The translations under genes and the position numbers were made by a program. Source: Elusimicrobiota bacterium (lineage in GTDB: Bacteria; Elusimicrobiota; Elusimicrobia; F11). Taken from it: 64,000 nucleotides of DNA. Location of the stretch: positions 15,512 through 79,511 of the forward strand of contig JBJXGI010000053.1 in the NCBI GenBank assembly GCA_046153645.1. Direction: 5' to 3'. Positions 42,886 to 52,763 of this stretch are shown here, in pieces. The notes under the pieces were generated by a model. The model saw only the letters and a program-made list of their open reading frames with translations. It was not told where the DNA came from and ran no database searches. Position 1 is the stretch's first letter; the number at the start of each line of letters is the position of its first letter.

Positions 42886-43796
42886 TTTGTAATCTCCAAA
42901 ACAATCTGAGTCACATCACCTCTATCGGCGGGCATTGAAACACGAACATTAAAGGAATCTTCAGATTTCAAAAGATGGGTTTCTAATATTTTTTTCCATA
43001 AGCGGGCCCGTCTTTGTGCTAAATCTAATTCTTTATCATAAATAGTAATTGCAAAAGGAGCACCTTCATACTTTCTTAATTCGTTCATAAGCTGGTCAAC
43101 CAAAACTTGCAGCGCAGGGTTCATAACGGCCTGCCCTTCATTATAAATCCGCTTATTACTAAACTCAAAAATCACGTTGCTTCCTTTTACATATCGAAGA
43201 GCCGGCATCCAGATAGGTTCTCCAACCAAAGTGCGAGTTGTATCGGCAGCTTCCTTAATAATAAGCATCGATGAATAAATCTCATCGGTTCTCAGCATAA
43301 ATTCACCACGATTCATTCCATCCCATTGAACAGGGTCTGTGGGAATCGTATTGCCTTCAATTTTTTTCAATAAATTATTGTTTTGGTCAACAACAATGAA
43401 AGCCCATTCTTCGTTTTCTCCACGAGGAGGAGCCGCATTAGGGCTACGGTCAACAATGATCGGCTGAGAAGGGGGCGGATACGCCTGAACAAAGAAAGGA
43501 GGTTTTGGAAAATCAACCATCGACGCTTGAAAAGTTTTAGGACTACGAACGTCCATCAAAGCCACTTGACTCTCTTCATCTAAATAATTTATTTCTTCAG
43601 ATAAAATAAAATCGGTTTGCCCTAAACGAGAAAAAGGAATGACATCTTTTAATAGAACATCCGTAGTGGGGCTCACTCGTTCAATATTCACTTTGTCTCT
43701 TACTTCCCCTTTTACCGTCATATCTAAAGATTGAGAAAAGGCCCATCCCGACTGAAAAACCATCAAACCTATGCTTAAAATTTTTCTTTTATTCAT
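42882..43796 (-). CDS. secreted protein, function unknown
   Basis: 304 aa with the signal peptide MNKRKILSIGLMVFQSGWAFS. It overlaps the downstream gene by 4 nt. Confidence 0.5.
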   Translation of the reverse strand: MNKRKILSIGLMVFQSGWAFSQSLDMTVKGEVRDKVNIERVSPTTDVLLKDVIPFSRLGQTDFILSEEINYLDEESQVALMDVRSPKTFQASMVDFPKPPFFVQAYPPPSQPIIVDRSPNAAPPRGENEEWAFIVVDQNNNLLKKIEGNTIPTDPVQWDGMNRGEFMLRTDEIYSSMLIIKEAADTTRTLVGEPIWMPALRYVKGSNVIFEFSNKRIYNEGQAVMNPALQVLVDQLMNELRKYEGAPFAITIYDKELDLAQRRARLWKKILETHLLKSEDSFNVRVSMPADRGDVTQIVLEITK

Positions 43797-43805
43797 ACTG
43801 TTCCT

Positions 43806-45098
43806 TTAATGTAACGAAAAATTAAATGTTATTTGCCCAACTTCTTCACGATTTTCAGCATCTTGTAACGCGATAAACTTCCATAACCGTAATGCTTTCA
43901 TGGCCTCGTCATCTAATTTCGGATATCCCGAAGTTCGGCGAACCCGCATTATGCTTTTCACAAAACCACTGGCATCAACAGTAAATTCAATAACAACAGC
44001 AGATTCAATGCCTTGCGCCTGGGCCCACTCTGGATATTCCGGGACCACCTGTTTTTCAATTTTTCGATCTTTTAATGGTCCTGTAATAACAAAAGCCGAT
44101 TGTTGTTTTTTTCGAGGTGAAACTTCTGCGATTTTAGGAGCTACTGCAGAAGCAACAGAACCACCCAATTTAGACCCCGTGCCACCTTGAACACCACCTA
44201 TCACTCCGCCTTGAAATTTCCCTGCATCAACCTTGGTCCCAGTTCCGCCGGAAACTCCTCCTGGGACACCCATTCGTGAACCCCCAGTATTAATTTGACT
44301 CGGCGCTGCATCACGGGCAATAATTTGATCTCTCAAGCCTAATTTTGGTCCCTCTCCCATCGCTGGAGCAGCAACATTCCCAATACGCCCTTTGTCGGAT
44401 TTTTGTGTGATAGGAGCGGAAAAATTTTCAACTGAGCCTTTAGACGCTGTTTTAATAGCAATTGTGGGGACATTCCCGGCCCCTATAAGTCCTGGACCCT
44501 CCCCACCAATCGATTTCAAACTATCTTTGGTCGAAACAGCGAAGTTTCCTTTACTTTTTAACACAGAATCTCGATTATCATCCACCCCAAATTTTTTTGC
44601 TGACAACGGCGCAATCCCCACAGGAGCAGAATTGAGCGCGATTTTTTTATCTTCAATCATCTTCGGCGCCGCATCGGTTATAAATCCGGCTTTTGATTGT
44701 ATTTTAGGCGCTAAGGTTTCTGCCAAATTTTGCTTTGGTTGCAACTGAATTGCTTTTGGCGCATCAATTAATTCTTTAGGTGGTTCCACTGCTTTCGGTG
44801 GAGGAGGTGGCGGTGGAGGCTCTTTTTTTACCATCGCTTTAATCCGTTCCATGACAGATTGTTTTTCAACAACTGGTGGCGGAGGTGGGACCACTGGCTT
44901 AGGCGCTTCAGGATCAATAATGTCAACAGAAACCAAGCGCTCTTTTTTTTCACTTACTTCAGATTTTTTCTGCGTGTTAAACTTCATGAAAAATAAAGGA
45001 AAATGAATCAAAAGTGACATAACAAGACACAAAATATCAAACCGAAATGATGGTTCATGTGAATTCCAACTTGATTGAGCCATCACCAAAGAAGACAT
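43806..45098 (-). CDS. tonB: TonB-family energy transducer
   Basis: 430 aa with an N-terminal anchor, poly-Pro tracts (PVVPPPPPV, PPPPPPPP) and a C-terminal TonB domain (PEYPEWAQAQGIESAVVIEFTVDASGFV...SGYPKLDDEAMKALRLWKF). Confidence 0.8.
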   Translation of the reverse strand: MSSLVMAQSSWNSHEPSFRFDILCLVMSLLIHFPLFFMKFNTQKKSEVSEKKERLVSVDIIDPEAPKPVVPPPPPVVEKQSVMERIKAMVKKEPPPPPPPPKAVEPPKELIDAPKAIQLQPKQNLAETLAPKIQSKAGFITDAAPKMIEDKKIALNSAPVGIAPLSAKKFGVDDNRDSVLKSKGNFAVSTKDSLKSIGGEGPGLIGAGNVPTIAIKTASKGSVENFSAPITQKSDKGRIGNVAAPAMGEGPKLGLRDQIIARDAAPSQINTGGSRMGVPGGVSGGTGTKVDAGKFQGGVIGGVQGGTGSKLGGSVASAVAPKIAEVSPRKKQQSAFVITGPLKDRKIEKQVVPEYPEWAQAQGIESAVVIEFTVDASGFVKSIMRVRRTSGYPKLDDEAMKALRLWKFIALQDAENREEVGQITFNFSLH

Positions 45099-45518
45099 TT
45101 AATTCTCCACCTTCTTTTGCTCTGTTCCAATAGAAATACTTTGGGCACCTGCTTTTTTACATAGAGAAATAAGCTCCGTTAAATGAGCGTAAGCGGCATC
45201 TTTATCGACCCTTAAAATAACTAAAATTTCAGGATCTTTTTTCAACTCTTTTTGTAACTGCGGAATAAAATCATCAATTTGATCAATAATATTAGAGTTA
45301 ATCGCAAGCCGGCCATCAGGGGCGTAAGTAACACTGATATTGGCATCTTTACTTTCTATCGTCGAAGCGCGCGGCAACTTTACGGGTAAATCAGCCACAT
45401 CTAACATAGGAGAAGTCACCATTAAAATAATCAAAAGAACCAAACACAAGTCAATCACAGGAACAATATTGACGCCTGAAATAGTTGGTTCTTCCTGTAA
45501 AATATCTTTTAAGTTCAT
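45099..45518 (-). CDS. exbD: ExbD/TolR family protein
   Basis: 139 aa with VNIVPVIDLCLVLLIILMV. Confidence 0.85.
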   Translation of the reverse strand: MNLKDILQEEPTISGVNIVPVIDLCLVLLIILMVTSPMLDVADLPVKLPRASTIESKDANISVTYAPDGRLAINSNIIDQIDDFIPQLQKELKKDPEILVILRVDKDAAYAHLTELISLCKKAGAQSISIGTEQKKVEN

Positions 45519-45523
45519 GTTTT

Positions 45524-45958
45524 TTATCCTTCTTTTGATCCTTTCAACAAAGACACTTTTTGAGCGCCACTTTGTTTGGCAAGGTCTAATATTCGGACCA
45601 CATCACCCACCAAAATAGCATCTTCAGCTGAAACAATGACAGGACGCTCTGGTTCATCGGAAAGTTTAATGGCAATTTGTTCAGCAAGGAGTTGATCACT
45701 CTCAATAGAATTACCATTAAGTGTTATTCCGGAAACAGAAATATTAATTAATAACGGATCAGGACTTTTCGCGTTTGATTCAAGTTTACTCTTTGAGACC
45801 TTTTCCAATTTAGGGGCCTGAACTTTAATCATTGATGACATGACCATCGGAGAAAGTACCATGAGAATAATTAACAACACCAAAGATAAATCAGCCAGTG
45901 GGACGACATTAATCTTATCTGTTTCTGACTCGTCTTCTTCTGGCATCATCCCAGACAT
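45524..45958 (-). CDS. exbD: ExbD/TolR family protein (second copy)
   Basis: 144 aa with INVVPLADLSLVLLIILMV. Confidence 0.85.
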   Translation of the reverse strand: MSGMMPEEDESETDKINVVPLADLSLVLLIILMVLSPMVMSSMIKVQAPKLEKVSKSKLESNAKSPDPLLINISVSGITLNGNSIESDQLLAEQIAIKLSDEPERPVIVSAEDAILVGDVVRILDLAKQSGAQKVSLLKGSKEG

Positions 45959-45961
45959 TTT

Positions 45962-46585
45962 TTATTTCTCCCGTGATGGTGATGTAATAAAAATCATTTC
46001 CTGACCAAAAATATCAATACTGGAAAGGGCCCCTTTCATCCAGATATTAAACCAGTTGTAAATCACCGCAGCTAAAATGGCCACTGCAATTCCCGCTGCG
46101 GTGGCCACAAGTGCTTCAGAAATACCAGCGGCCACAATGGTGGGGCCACCAGAACCTGACATAGCTAAATCTTTAAATGATCGAATAACTCCCATAACCG
46201 TTCCCCACAATCCCACAAGAGGACAAATAAAACTCAGTGTTCCAAAAATCCATAAACGTTTTTGTAAAAGTGCCTGAATTTTTTGATGGTAAAACAAAAC
46301 CAAACTTTCTCTTTCATTGCGTGGCATTGAAATGGCTTCAATTTGAGAAACCAACGCTTCAGCAATAATTCCTTTTCCCTTGGAAGCCTCTTTTTTTGCT
46401 TCCGCATAATTCCCTGCTCGAAGAAAAGTGCGAATGCGGTCTACCATCCCGCCGTTGACTCTTCCATTGCCCATGAAAAAAACCCATCTCTCAATTGTAA
46501 TAGCACAGCAAATGATGGATAAAACCAACATAATTGGGATGACCAAACTAATCTTAATAAGCTCTATAATAGACATGTCATGCAT
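45962..46585 (-). CDS. exbB: MotA/TolQ/ExbB proton-channel protein
   Basis: 207 aa with LWGTVMGVIRSFKDLA...AAGISEALVATAAGIAVAI. Confidence 0.85.
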   Translation of the reverse strand: MHDMSIIELIKISLVIPIMLVLSIICCAITIERWVFFMGNGRVNGGMVDRIRTFLRAGNYAEAKKEASKGKGIIAEALVSQIEAISMPRNERESLVLFYHQKIQALLQKRLWIFGTLSFICPLVGLWGTVMGVIRSFKDLAMSGSGGPTIVAAGISEALVATAAGIAVAILAAVIYNWFNIWMKGALSSIDIFGQEMIFITSPSREK

Positions 46586-46606
46586 GACATTTCCCTCCTC
46601 GTAAAA

Positions 46607-49600
46607 TTATTGTTGTAACACTCGTTTTAACTCTTCCACACGCGATTTTGCATTTGACAACGCTGTTTCATCACTGGCATTGATAACCACATCTCCATAT
46701 GTATCCAGCGCTTTTTGAGCTTGCCCTAGCCCAATATAAATCTCAGCTAAACGACTTATCCCTGCAATTCGATAAGGATCGTTTTTAGGGTCAACAGAAA
46801 GTAACTTTTCATATGATTTTTGTTCCAAATCAACTTGGCCAGATTTACTGTAAATAGAAGCAACAGAATAAACAGCTTCCGCATATTGGGGATGATTTAC
46901 AGGAACTTGTTCATAATATTTTATCGCTTCCGCCGCCAAGCCATTTTTCTCTTTCATTTGCCCAATCTGTAGATTAAGACTCGCTTTTTTAATCGGATCA
47001 CTCGTATTCTGTGCTAGTTTTTCAAAAGCTTGCTCAGATTCCTCCATTCTTCCAATCTTAGCGTAGGCCAATGGAATGTTTTCAGCTGCCGTTGCCGCCT
47101 CAGGCGCATCAGGATACTTTTTCACTAAATCTTGAAATGTTAAAGCCGCCTCTTCGAATCGATTCAGGTTGAATAAGCTAACACCCAATCGAAACTGGGC
47201 TGTCGGCGCTGAATTATCATTGGGAAATTGAATGACGAAATTGCGGTAAGCACCCGTAGCCTCGTCATATTTTTGATCGAGATAAAAGCATTCTCCGCGG
47301 TAAAAAGCTGATTGTGCCGCCAAACTTGACGCGGGGAAATCAATGAGGATTTTTTCGAAATAAATAAGTGCTGCTTTATAATCCTTATCATTATAGGCTT
47401 TGGCTCCTTTTTCCCAATACAAATCAGCCAACACCTGAGATTTAGCCTGCCCCATGGTTAGTTTTTCAATCTCTAACTCTGATTTTCCGGCTTGAACATA
47501 AGACATTTGAAGAAAATCTTGAACGCTGATGGCTTCCTCAGCATTCGGGTAAAGCGCTAAAAATTCCTGATACCGTGGAATGGCTGATTTATAATCGCCC
47601 GCATTGTAATAAGAGTGCGCAAGCTGTAAACGCGCTCCTTTAATTTTGTCACTTGCGGGATATTTAACAATATAAGTCTGATAGGCCTTTACCGCAGCGG
47701 TGGTATTTCCTAAATCAAACAATGTTCTTGCCGTTTGAAATTGAGCTTTTTCTGATAATGAATTTTGAGGATAGACATCAACAAGCTTTTCCCAAACATT
47801 CACGGCATCGGTATAATATTCTAAACGAGAAAGCGCCTGACCTTCTTGGTACAACGCTTGAGGAATTTTGGGGTCTTTTGGATAATCTTTTTGGAAAGAT
47901 CGGTAATAACCGATGGCTTGCTCATATTTTTTTTGATTGTAATAAACATTGGCGGATTGTAATGTCGCCAAAGACATCCAATCCTCTCTGTTTTTTTGTT
48001 TTGCCAAAGAAGCGAATTGTTGAAGTGTTTGTAACCCCGCATCCATTTTATTGTTTTGAGCCTTGGCGACGGCCAAACCAAGATAAGCATAAGGTGTTAA
48101 CGTATCATTGGGCGCTTTTGACAAAAATTGTTGGTAACGACTTTCTGCCAAATTAAAATTCCCCAATGATAAATGACCTTCTGTGATCCAAAACTCTACT
48201 TCAGGATATTTTTCCCTTAAATCTGATGGCAATTCCGCCCAATAGTGATTGACATGAGTTACTAATTCCTGCCAACGCTGCGCTTTTACATAAGACAATG
48301 CCATTAAATGAAGGGCCCGAGCAGCATAAGCTGACTTGGGAAATTGATCGACAACCGTTTGAAATGAAGCCAGCGCCTCAGCAGACTTGTTTAATTTATC
48401 GTAGCAGAAGCCTTGCACCAAAAGAATTTTCGGGGTTAGTTCAACATCTCTAAAATTCCCTAACCCTTCCTCCGCTTGAGCCAAGGCTTCTTGATGTTTG
48501 CCCAAAGCAGCCAGTGCCCACATAAGTTGATAATTTTCATCGGGAGAACGATCTCGAGCGCGACCTTTCTTTTTGATATTGTTTACTAAGTCTTGGACGC
48601 GGTCTAATTGAACCCAAGACTCAATAACTAAATGTTTGATTTTATCCATCATCGAAGGCCGAAGATCTAACTTTGTCATCGGCTCTAAACGATTGAGAAC
48701 AGCTTGGTATTGTTTCTTATGAATATCAGTACAAGCAATCCTAAATTGCGCTTCAGCCCCTAATGTCCCATTGGGATATTCGACTAAGCCTCGTTGAAAA
48801 CTTTGCGCTGCCAGAGGAAAATCTTTTTGTTGATAATAAGTTTCAGCCACTTCAAAAGATCCGCGTTGAGCCCAAACCGTACCAGGAAATTTCTGAGTTA
48901 ACCTTTGAAAATTTAAAAGCGCCTTGGACATTTGACCTAATCGACGATAAGAAATTCCTGAAAAGTAAATATTTTTAGAATCTTCTTGATCCCGTTCAAA
49001 AAAACCAAGAGATCGCTGATACTGCTCATTTTGGAATAACATAATGCCAATGGGATAGAGAGCCCGGCCATATGTTTTGTAATAATCATTTTCAAGAAGC
49101 AGAATATCCATATGAGCTTGGGCACTGGAACGGTTCCCTTGTGCTAAAGCCGCCATGGCCATGCCTAAAATGGCCTCATTTTTTAAGGACTGATGCCCTT
49201 CTTGTCGAATTCGAGAAAACTGATCATAAGCTTCCCCATAAAGGCCCATATAGAAATAACTTTCAGCCAAACGGTATTGAAAACTAGAAAACTGATATTG
49301 ATCGGCCATAGGAATATCTGTTAGTTGAAGGTAAATTTGAGCTGCTTCGCGGTAATTCTCAGTTTTAAATAGGATATCGGCCACTGTGGCTCTGGCCTTA
49401 ATTGAAACCACTCCATCGGGCGACTGTTGTTCCAGAAGAGGATTTAAAGAACGATAAAAAGTTTTTGGGTCTTGAGATCGGAAAGAAATTTCATCTTTGG
49501 TGGATTTTCTATTTGGTTTAAAACGAGCTGCTTGAGTGCTTGCGCCAAAACCAAATAAAACAACAAAAAACAAAAATAAATAGGAATGTAATTTCATGGG

Positions 49601-49630
49601 TATATAACTTTTTTGATTGAATAATTTCAC
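46607..49630 (-). CDS. large secreted TPR / YbgF-like repeat protein
   Basis: 1007 aa with a signal peptide and repeated units of the form YxxAxxxFxxFxxxYPxSxxAxxAxxxxAxxY. The track uses a GTG start. ATG at 49597 (MKLHSYLFLFFVV) is an alternative. Confidence 0.75.
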   Translation of the reverse strand: MKLFNQKSYIPMKLHSYLFLFFVVLFGFGASTQAARFKPNRKSTKDEISFRSQDPKTFYRSLNPLLEQQSPDGVVSIKARATVADILFKTENYREAAQIYLQLTDIPMADQYQFSSFQYRLAESYFYMGLYGEAYDQFSRIRQEGHQSLKNEAILGMAMAALAQGNRSSAQAHMDILLLENDYYKTYGRALYPIGIMLFQNEQYQRSLGFFERDQEDSKNIYFSGISYRRLGQMSKALLNFQRLTQKFPGTVWAQRGSFEVAETYYQQKDFPLAAQSFQRGLVEYPNGTLGAEAQFRIACTDIHKKQYQAVLNRLEPMTKLDLRPSMMDKIKHLVIESWVQLDRVQDLVNNIKKKGRARDRSPDENYQLMWALAALGKHQEALAQAEEGLGNFRDVELTPKILLVQGFCYDKLNKSAEALASFQTVVDQFPKSAYAARALHLMALSYVKAQRWQELVTHVNHYWAELPSDLREKYPEVEFWITEGHLSLGNFNLAESRYQQFLSKAPNDTLTPYAYLGLAVAKAQNNKMDAGLQTLQQFASLAKQKNREDWMSLATLQSANVYYNQKKYEQAIGYYRSFQKDYPKDPKIPQALYQEGQALSRLEYYTDAVNVWEKLVDVYPQNSLSEKAQFQTARTLFDLGNTTAAVKAYQTYIVKYPASDKIKGARLQLAHSYYNAGDYKSAIPRYQEFLALYPNAEEAISVQDFLQMSYVQAGKSELEIEKLTMGQAKSQVLADLYWEKGAKAYNDKDYKAALIYFEKILIDFPASSLAAQSAFYRGECFYLDQKYDEATGAYRNFVIQFPNDNSAPTAQFRLGVSLFNLNRFEEAALTFQDLVKKYPDAPEAATAAENIPLAYAKIGRMEESEQAFEKLAQNTSDPIKKASLNLQIGQMKEKNGLAAEAIKYYEQVPVNHPQYAEAVYSVASIYSKSGQVDLEQKSYEKLLSVDPKNDPYRIAGISRLAEIYIGLGQAQKALDTYGDVVINASDETALSNAKSRVEELKRVLQQ

Positions 49631-49869
49631 TTTTAATATATTTGGCGTGCCATTTTCACACGACTTACCTTCGCCCAGTATAACAGAAGGAAATTCAATT
49701 TTGCCAGATCAAATTAATTATTGGTATTGGTGAGAGGTCAAAAACAAATGACAAAAGCAAGACACCTCTAAATATGATAATTAATATGCCTTCTGAATTT
49801 GGTAGGGAGTTCAATTTAGCAGTTTTGCATTCAGAAGATCCAGAATAATTATTTTCAGAGGAGAAAAAA

Positions 49870-50814
49870 ATGTCAATTTTAGCCGTTGGGTCTATTGGGC
49901 TTGACACCATTCAAACCCCTTTTGGGCAAGTGACTGACGCCTTAGGCGGATCTGCAACTTTTTTTTCTATAGCAGCAAGCTTTTTTTCCCCCGTTAATTT
50001 AGTGGCCATTGTAGGGTCTGATTTTCCTCAAGAGACATTAAACTATCTTGAATCACGAGGCATCTCAACAGAAGGAATTGAGAAAGCCAATGGAAAAACT
50101 TTTCGATGGAAAGGCCTTTATGAAAACGACATGAACGCGGCTAAAACATTATCGACCGATCTCAATGTTTTTCAAACCTTTCAACCAAAGATTCCTATAC
50201 ATCTCAAAAAAAGCCCTTTCGTATTTCTTGCCAATATCGATCCAGAACTTCAGCTTAATGTTTTAGAACAAATGGAAAAACCAAAACTCATTGGCTGCGA
50301 CACCATGAATTTATGGATCCAATCTAAACCAAAAGAGCTCAATGAACTCTTGAAAAAGGTGGACATCCTTTTATTAAATGATGGGGAAGCCCGCCAACTC
50401 ACAGGAATCACAAATCTGGTCAAAGCCAGTTATGATTTGATTAAACGAGGACCTAAAATCGTGGTTATCAAAAAAGGTGAACACGGAGCTATTTTGGCCA
50501 CCAAAGATTTCTTTTTTGTTGCCCCTGCTTTTCCTGTTGAAGATGTTTTTGACCCCACGGGTGCCGGAGATTGTTTTGCCGGAGGGTTTTTCGCCTCGCT
50601 TATTACATCGGAGCACTTTTGGAATGAAAGCTCTCTTCGCAGCTCAGTTATCTTTGGAACTGTTTTGGCTTCCTATAATGTTGAGTCGTTTAGTTTTGAC
50701 CGCCTTAAAAAATTATCCAAAGAAGAAATTTATCATCGTTACACAAAGTTCAAACAATTTACCCATTTTGAGCCAGCGGATATGTCAACCACATTCCCTC
50801 CGCTGAGCGTATAA
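49870..50814 (+). CDS. PfkB-family carbohydrate/nucleoside kinase
   Basis: 314 aa with GGSATF and [13 protein letters not shown] motifs. AGAGGAG precedes the ATG. Confidence 0.8.
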   Translation: MSILAVGSIGLDTIQTPFGQVTDALGGSATFFSIAASFFSPVNLVAIVGSDFPQETLNYLESRGISTEGIEKANGKTFRWKGLYENDMNAAKTLSTDLNVFQTFQPKIPIHLKKSPFVFLANIDPELQLNVLEQMEKPKLIGCDTMNLWIQSKPKELNELLKKVDILLLNDGEARQLTGITNLVKASYDLIKRGPKIVVIKKGEHGAILATKDFFFVAPAFPVEDVFDPTGAGDCFAGGFFASLITSEHFWNESSLRSSVIFGTVLASYNVESFSFDRLKKLSKEEIYHRYTKFKQFTHFEPADMSTTFPPLSV

Positions 50815-50849
50815 ACTTTAAAATTCAAATTAATAATCAGGAGATACCA

Positions 50850-51452
50850 ATGCCAAAACTAGTTTTGGTCCGACATGGACAATCACAATGGAATTTAGAA
50901 AACCGTTTTACCGGGTGGGTGGATGTTGATTTAACCGCTCAAGGCGAGCAAGAAGCCAAAAGAGCCGGAGAACAATTAAAAGATTTTAAATTTGACAAAG
51001 CCTTTACTTCCGATTTAAAACGTGCTCAAAAAACATTGCAACTGATACTAGAAGTGATCAAACAATCAAATATTCCTATTGAAAAAGACAAAGCCTTGAA
51101 CGAGCGCCATTATGGTGATTTGCAAGGATTGGACAAAGCTGAAACCGCGAAAAAATATGGAGATGAACAAGTCCACATTTGGCGCCGCAGTTATGATGTC
51201 CCCCCGCCTAACGGCGAAAGCCTCAAAGATACCGCCGCCCGCACATTACCCTACTTTCGCAATATCATTGTTTCGGAACTTAAATCAGGCAAAAACATCA
51301 TCGTGGCGGCTCACGGCAATAGTTTACGTTCTATTATTATGGAATTGGACAAACTTTCGGAAAAACAAGTACTGGAACTGAATTTAGGAACCGCCGTCCC
51401 TGTCATCTATGAGTTTGACTTAAAGAATGGCGGTTTTAAAAAAGAAAAATAA
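50850..51452 (+). CDS. gpmA: 2,3-bisphosphoglycerate-dependent phosphoglycerate mutase
   Basis: 200 aa with [25 protein letters not shown] and AAHGNSLR. Confidence 0.9.
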   Translation: MPKLVLVRHGQSQWNLENRFTGWVDVDLTAQGEQEAKRAGEQLKDFKFDKAFTSDLKRAQKTLQLILEVIKQSNIPIEKDKALNERHYGDLQGLDKAETAKKYGDEQVHIWRRSYDVPPPNGESLKDTAARTLPYFRNIIVSELKSGKNIIVAAHGNSLRSIIMELDKLSEKQVLELNLGTAVPVIYEFDLKNGGFKKEK

Positions 51453-51500
51453 CCCTGTCTAAGGATTTTTCACCTCAAACAGGGTTACAAAAAAAGTTTA
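51451..51500. terminator. possible bidirectional terminator between convergent genes
   Basis: AACCCTGT-20 nt-ACAGGGTT. The loop can extend the stem (GAGG/CCTT). T-runs follow on both strands. Confidence 0.45.
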
Positions 51501-51504
51501 TTTT

Positions 51505-51843
51505 TTAAGGTAAATGGTTACAACACAACTGGCTTTGTTGCGCTCCATATGGGGTCAGCGTACCATTTGGGCCCGACCACGTAGTTTCCTCGCCATTCCC
51601 ACAATCAGATTGTGATTTGAAGATATATTCACATTCACATTTGGTTGTAGGAGGTAAACCTGTTTCCCTATTGACTGGACAATCAGGATCATCTACCAGA
51701 CCATCTTCATCGTAATCATTTGTATATTCGGAATTAATACCACATGTTAGTTCTGGACATTCTGGCTTTACAGTGGGAGCGTTAGAAAAACCCACAGCCA
51801 CAAAACCGAAAGAAAGAACTAAAAACAACAATTCTTTTTTCAT
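51505..51843 (-). CDS. small secreted Cys-rich protein with a thrombospondin-type-3-like Ca-binding motif
   Basis: I start it at ATG 51843 (MKKELLFLVLSFGFVAVGFSNA), which has GAGGAGG 7 nt upstream, rather than the track start at 51873. The mature part has 9 Cys and DYDEDGLVDDPDCP. Confidence 0.6.
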   Translation of the reverse strand: MKKELLFLVLSFGFVAVGFSNAPTVKPECPELTCGINSEYTNDYDEDGLVDDPDCPVNRETGLPPTTKCECEYIFKSQSDCGNGEETTWSGPNGTLTPYGAQQSQLCCNHLP

Positions 51844-51877
51844 ATTCAATACCTCCTCAATTTCCCCAAACATAAGA

Positions 51878-51907
51878 AGTATAAGTGGAAAATCGCCTTA
51901 ATTTCAA
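51878..51907 (-). promoter_or_regulatory. sigma70-like promoter candidate for the Cys-rich protein gene
   Basis: The minus strand reads TTGAAA-18 nt-TATACT, about 35 nt upstream of the ATG at 51843. Confidence 0.35.
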
Positions 51908-51967
51908 ATTAAGAATTGACGAAATCCATTTTGAGTTGATTTATAGATATAAAAAAAAGCCAAAATT

Positions 51968-52735
51968 TTACGGGGCAGACGTTTTTAATAGCCGTTGAAT
52001 GACCTCTTCAAAATCTGCAATAGGACGGGCGCCGGAAAGTTTAACGCCGTTAATTAGAAAGCCTGGGGTCCCGCTGATGCCTAATGATTTTGCTTCTGCT
52101 TTATCAGCGTTAATTCGAGTCATAACAGACTGAGACTCTAAATCGGCCTCTAATTTTTTCATATCCAAGTTAAGTTCTTTGGCAATTTTTTTAAATATTT
52201 TTTCTTTTTCTTCTTTTAATTTACCTTGGTTTCTAAACACTTCATCGTAAAACTGATAGGCTTTTTCTGCGCTTTGCAGACCAATCGCTTCAAAATATTG
52301 AGCTGCTGGAAGAGCAAGCGGATGAAAATCCAAAGGGAAATGTTTAAACACGAGTCTCACTTTATCTCCATAAATTTTTCTAATTTCTTCAACGGTCTCA
52401 AAGCCTTTTTTGCAATAAGGACATTGAAAATCAGAATACTCAACAATGGTAATCGGAGCGTTTATATGACCGCGAATGGCACGGTCTGATTCAATGACAG
52501 GATTTTTAGGGTTTTTAAAATTTTCTTCTTTTTCTCGCTCCTCTGCTAACTTGCGAGCGTCAACATTGGCCTTAGTAAAAACATCCATGAATTTCTCTGG
52601 ATTATCTTGGATGGTTTTAAAAACAATATCCGGGTTTTTTAGAATGGCATTTTTTATCTGCGAATTTGAAACACAACCAGAATATAATACTCCGCTCATA
52701 AAAACAGAACAAATTAACACCTGTCTATAAAACAT
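51968..52735 (-). CDS. DsbA-family thiol:disulfide oxidoreductase
   Basis: 255 aa with a signal/anchor and the thioredoxin-fold active site FQCPYC. Confidence 0.8.
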   Translation of the reverse strand: MFYRQVLICSVFMSGVLYSGCVSNSQIKNAILKNPDIVFKTIQDNPEKFMDVFTKANVDARKLAEEREKEENFKNPKNPVIESDRAIRGHINAPITIVEYSDFQCPYCKKGFETVEEIRKIYGDKVRLVFKHFPLDFHPLALPAAQYFEAIGLQSAEKAYQFYDEVFRNQGKLKEEKEKIFKKIAKELNLDMKKLEADLESQSVMTRINADKAEAKSLGISGTPGFLINGVKLSGARPIADFEEVIQRLLKTSAP

Positions 52736-52763
52736 AGGTTCTCCTGTAAAAAAAATACGTATT

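Noticed and set aside
44790-44900. GC-rich tract (ggtggaggaggtggcggtggaggc...) considered as another copy of the palindromic element
   Set aside because: It is not palindromic. It encodes the poly-proline spacer that is a normal feature of TonB proteins.
49790-49837. 9-bp inverted repeat (CTTCTGAAT...ATTCAGAAG) with a 30-nt spacer upstream of the PfkB-family kinase gene
   Set aside because: The long spacer and short arms, with no second copy in the window, mean it cannot be separated from chance without comparative data.
49695-49910. 71-aa minus-strand ORF in the divergent intergenic region, overlapping the kinase gene start
   Set aside because: It has no SD and a low-complexity translation, and it overlaps a well-supported start with a strong AGAGGAG site on the other strand.
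51844-51873. Ten extra N-terminal codons (MFGEIEEVLN) of the Cys-rich protein ORF
   Set aside because: These codons contain the GAGGAGG ribosome-binding site for the ATG at 51843, which begins a textbook signal peptide.
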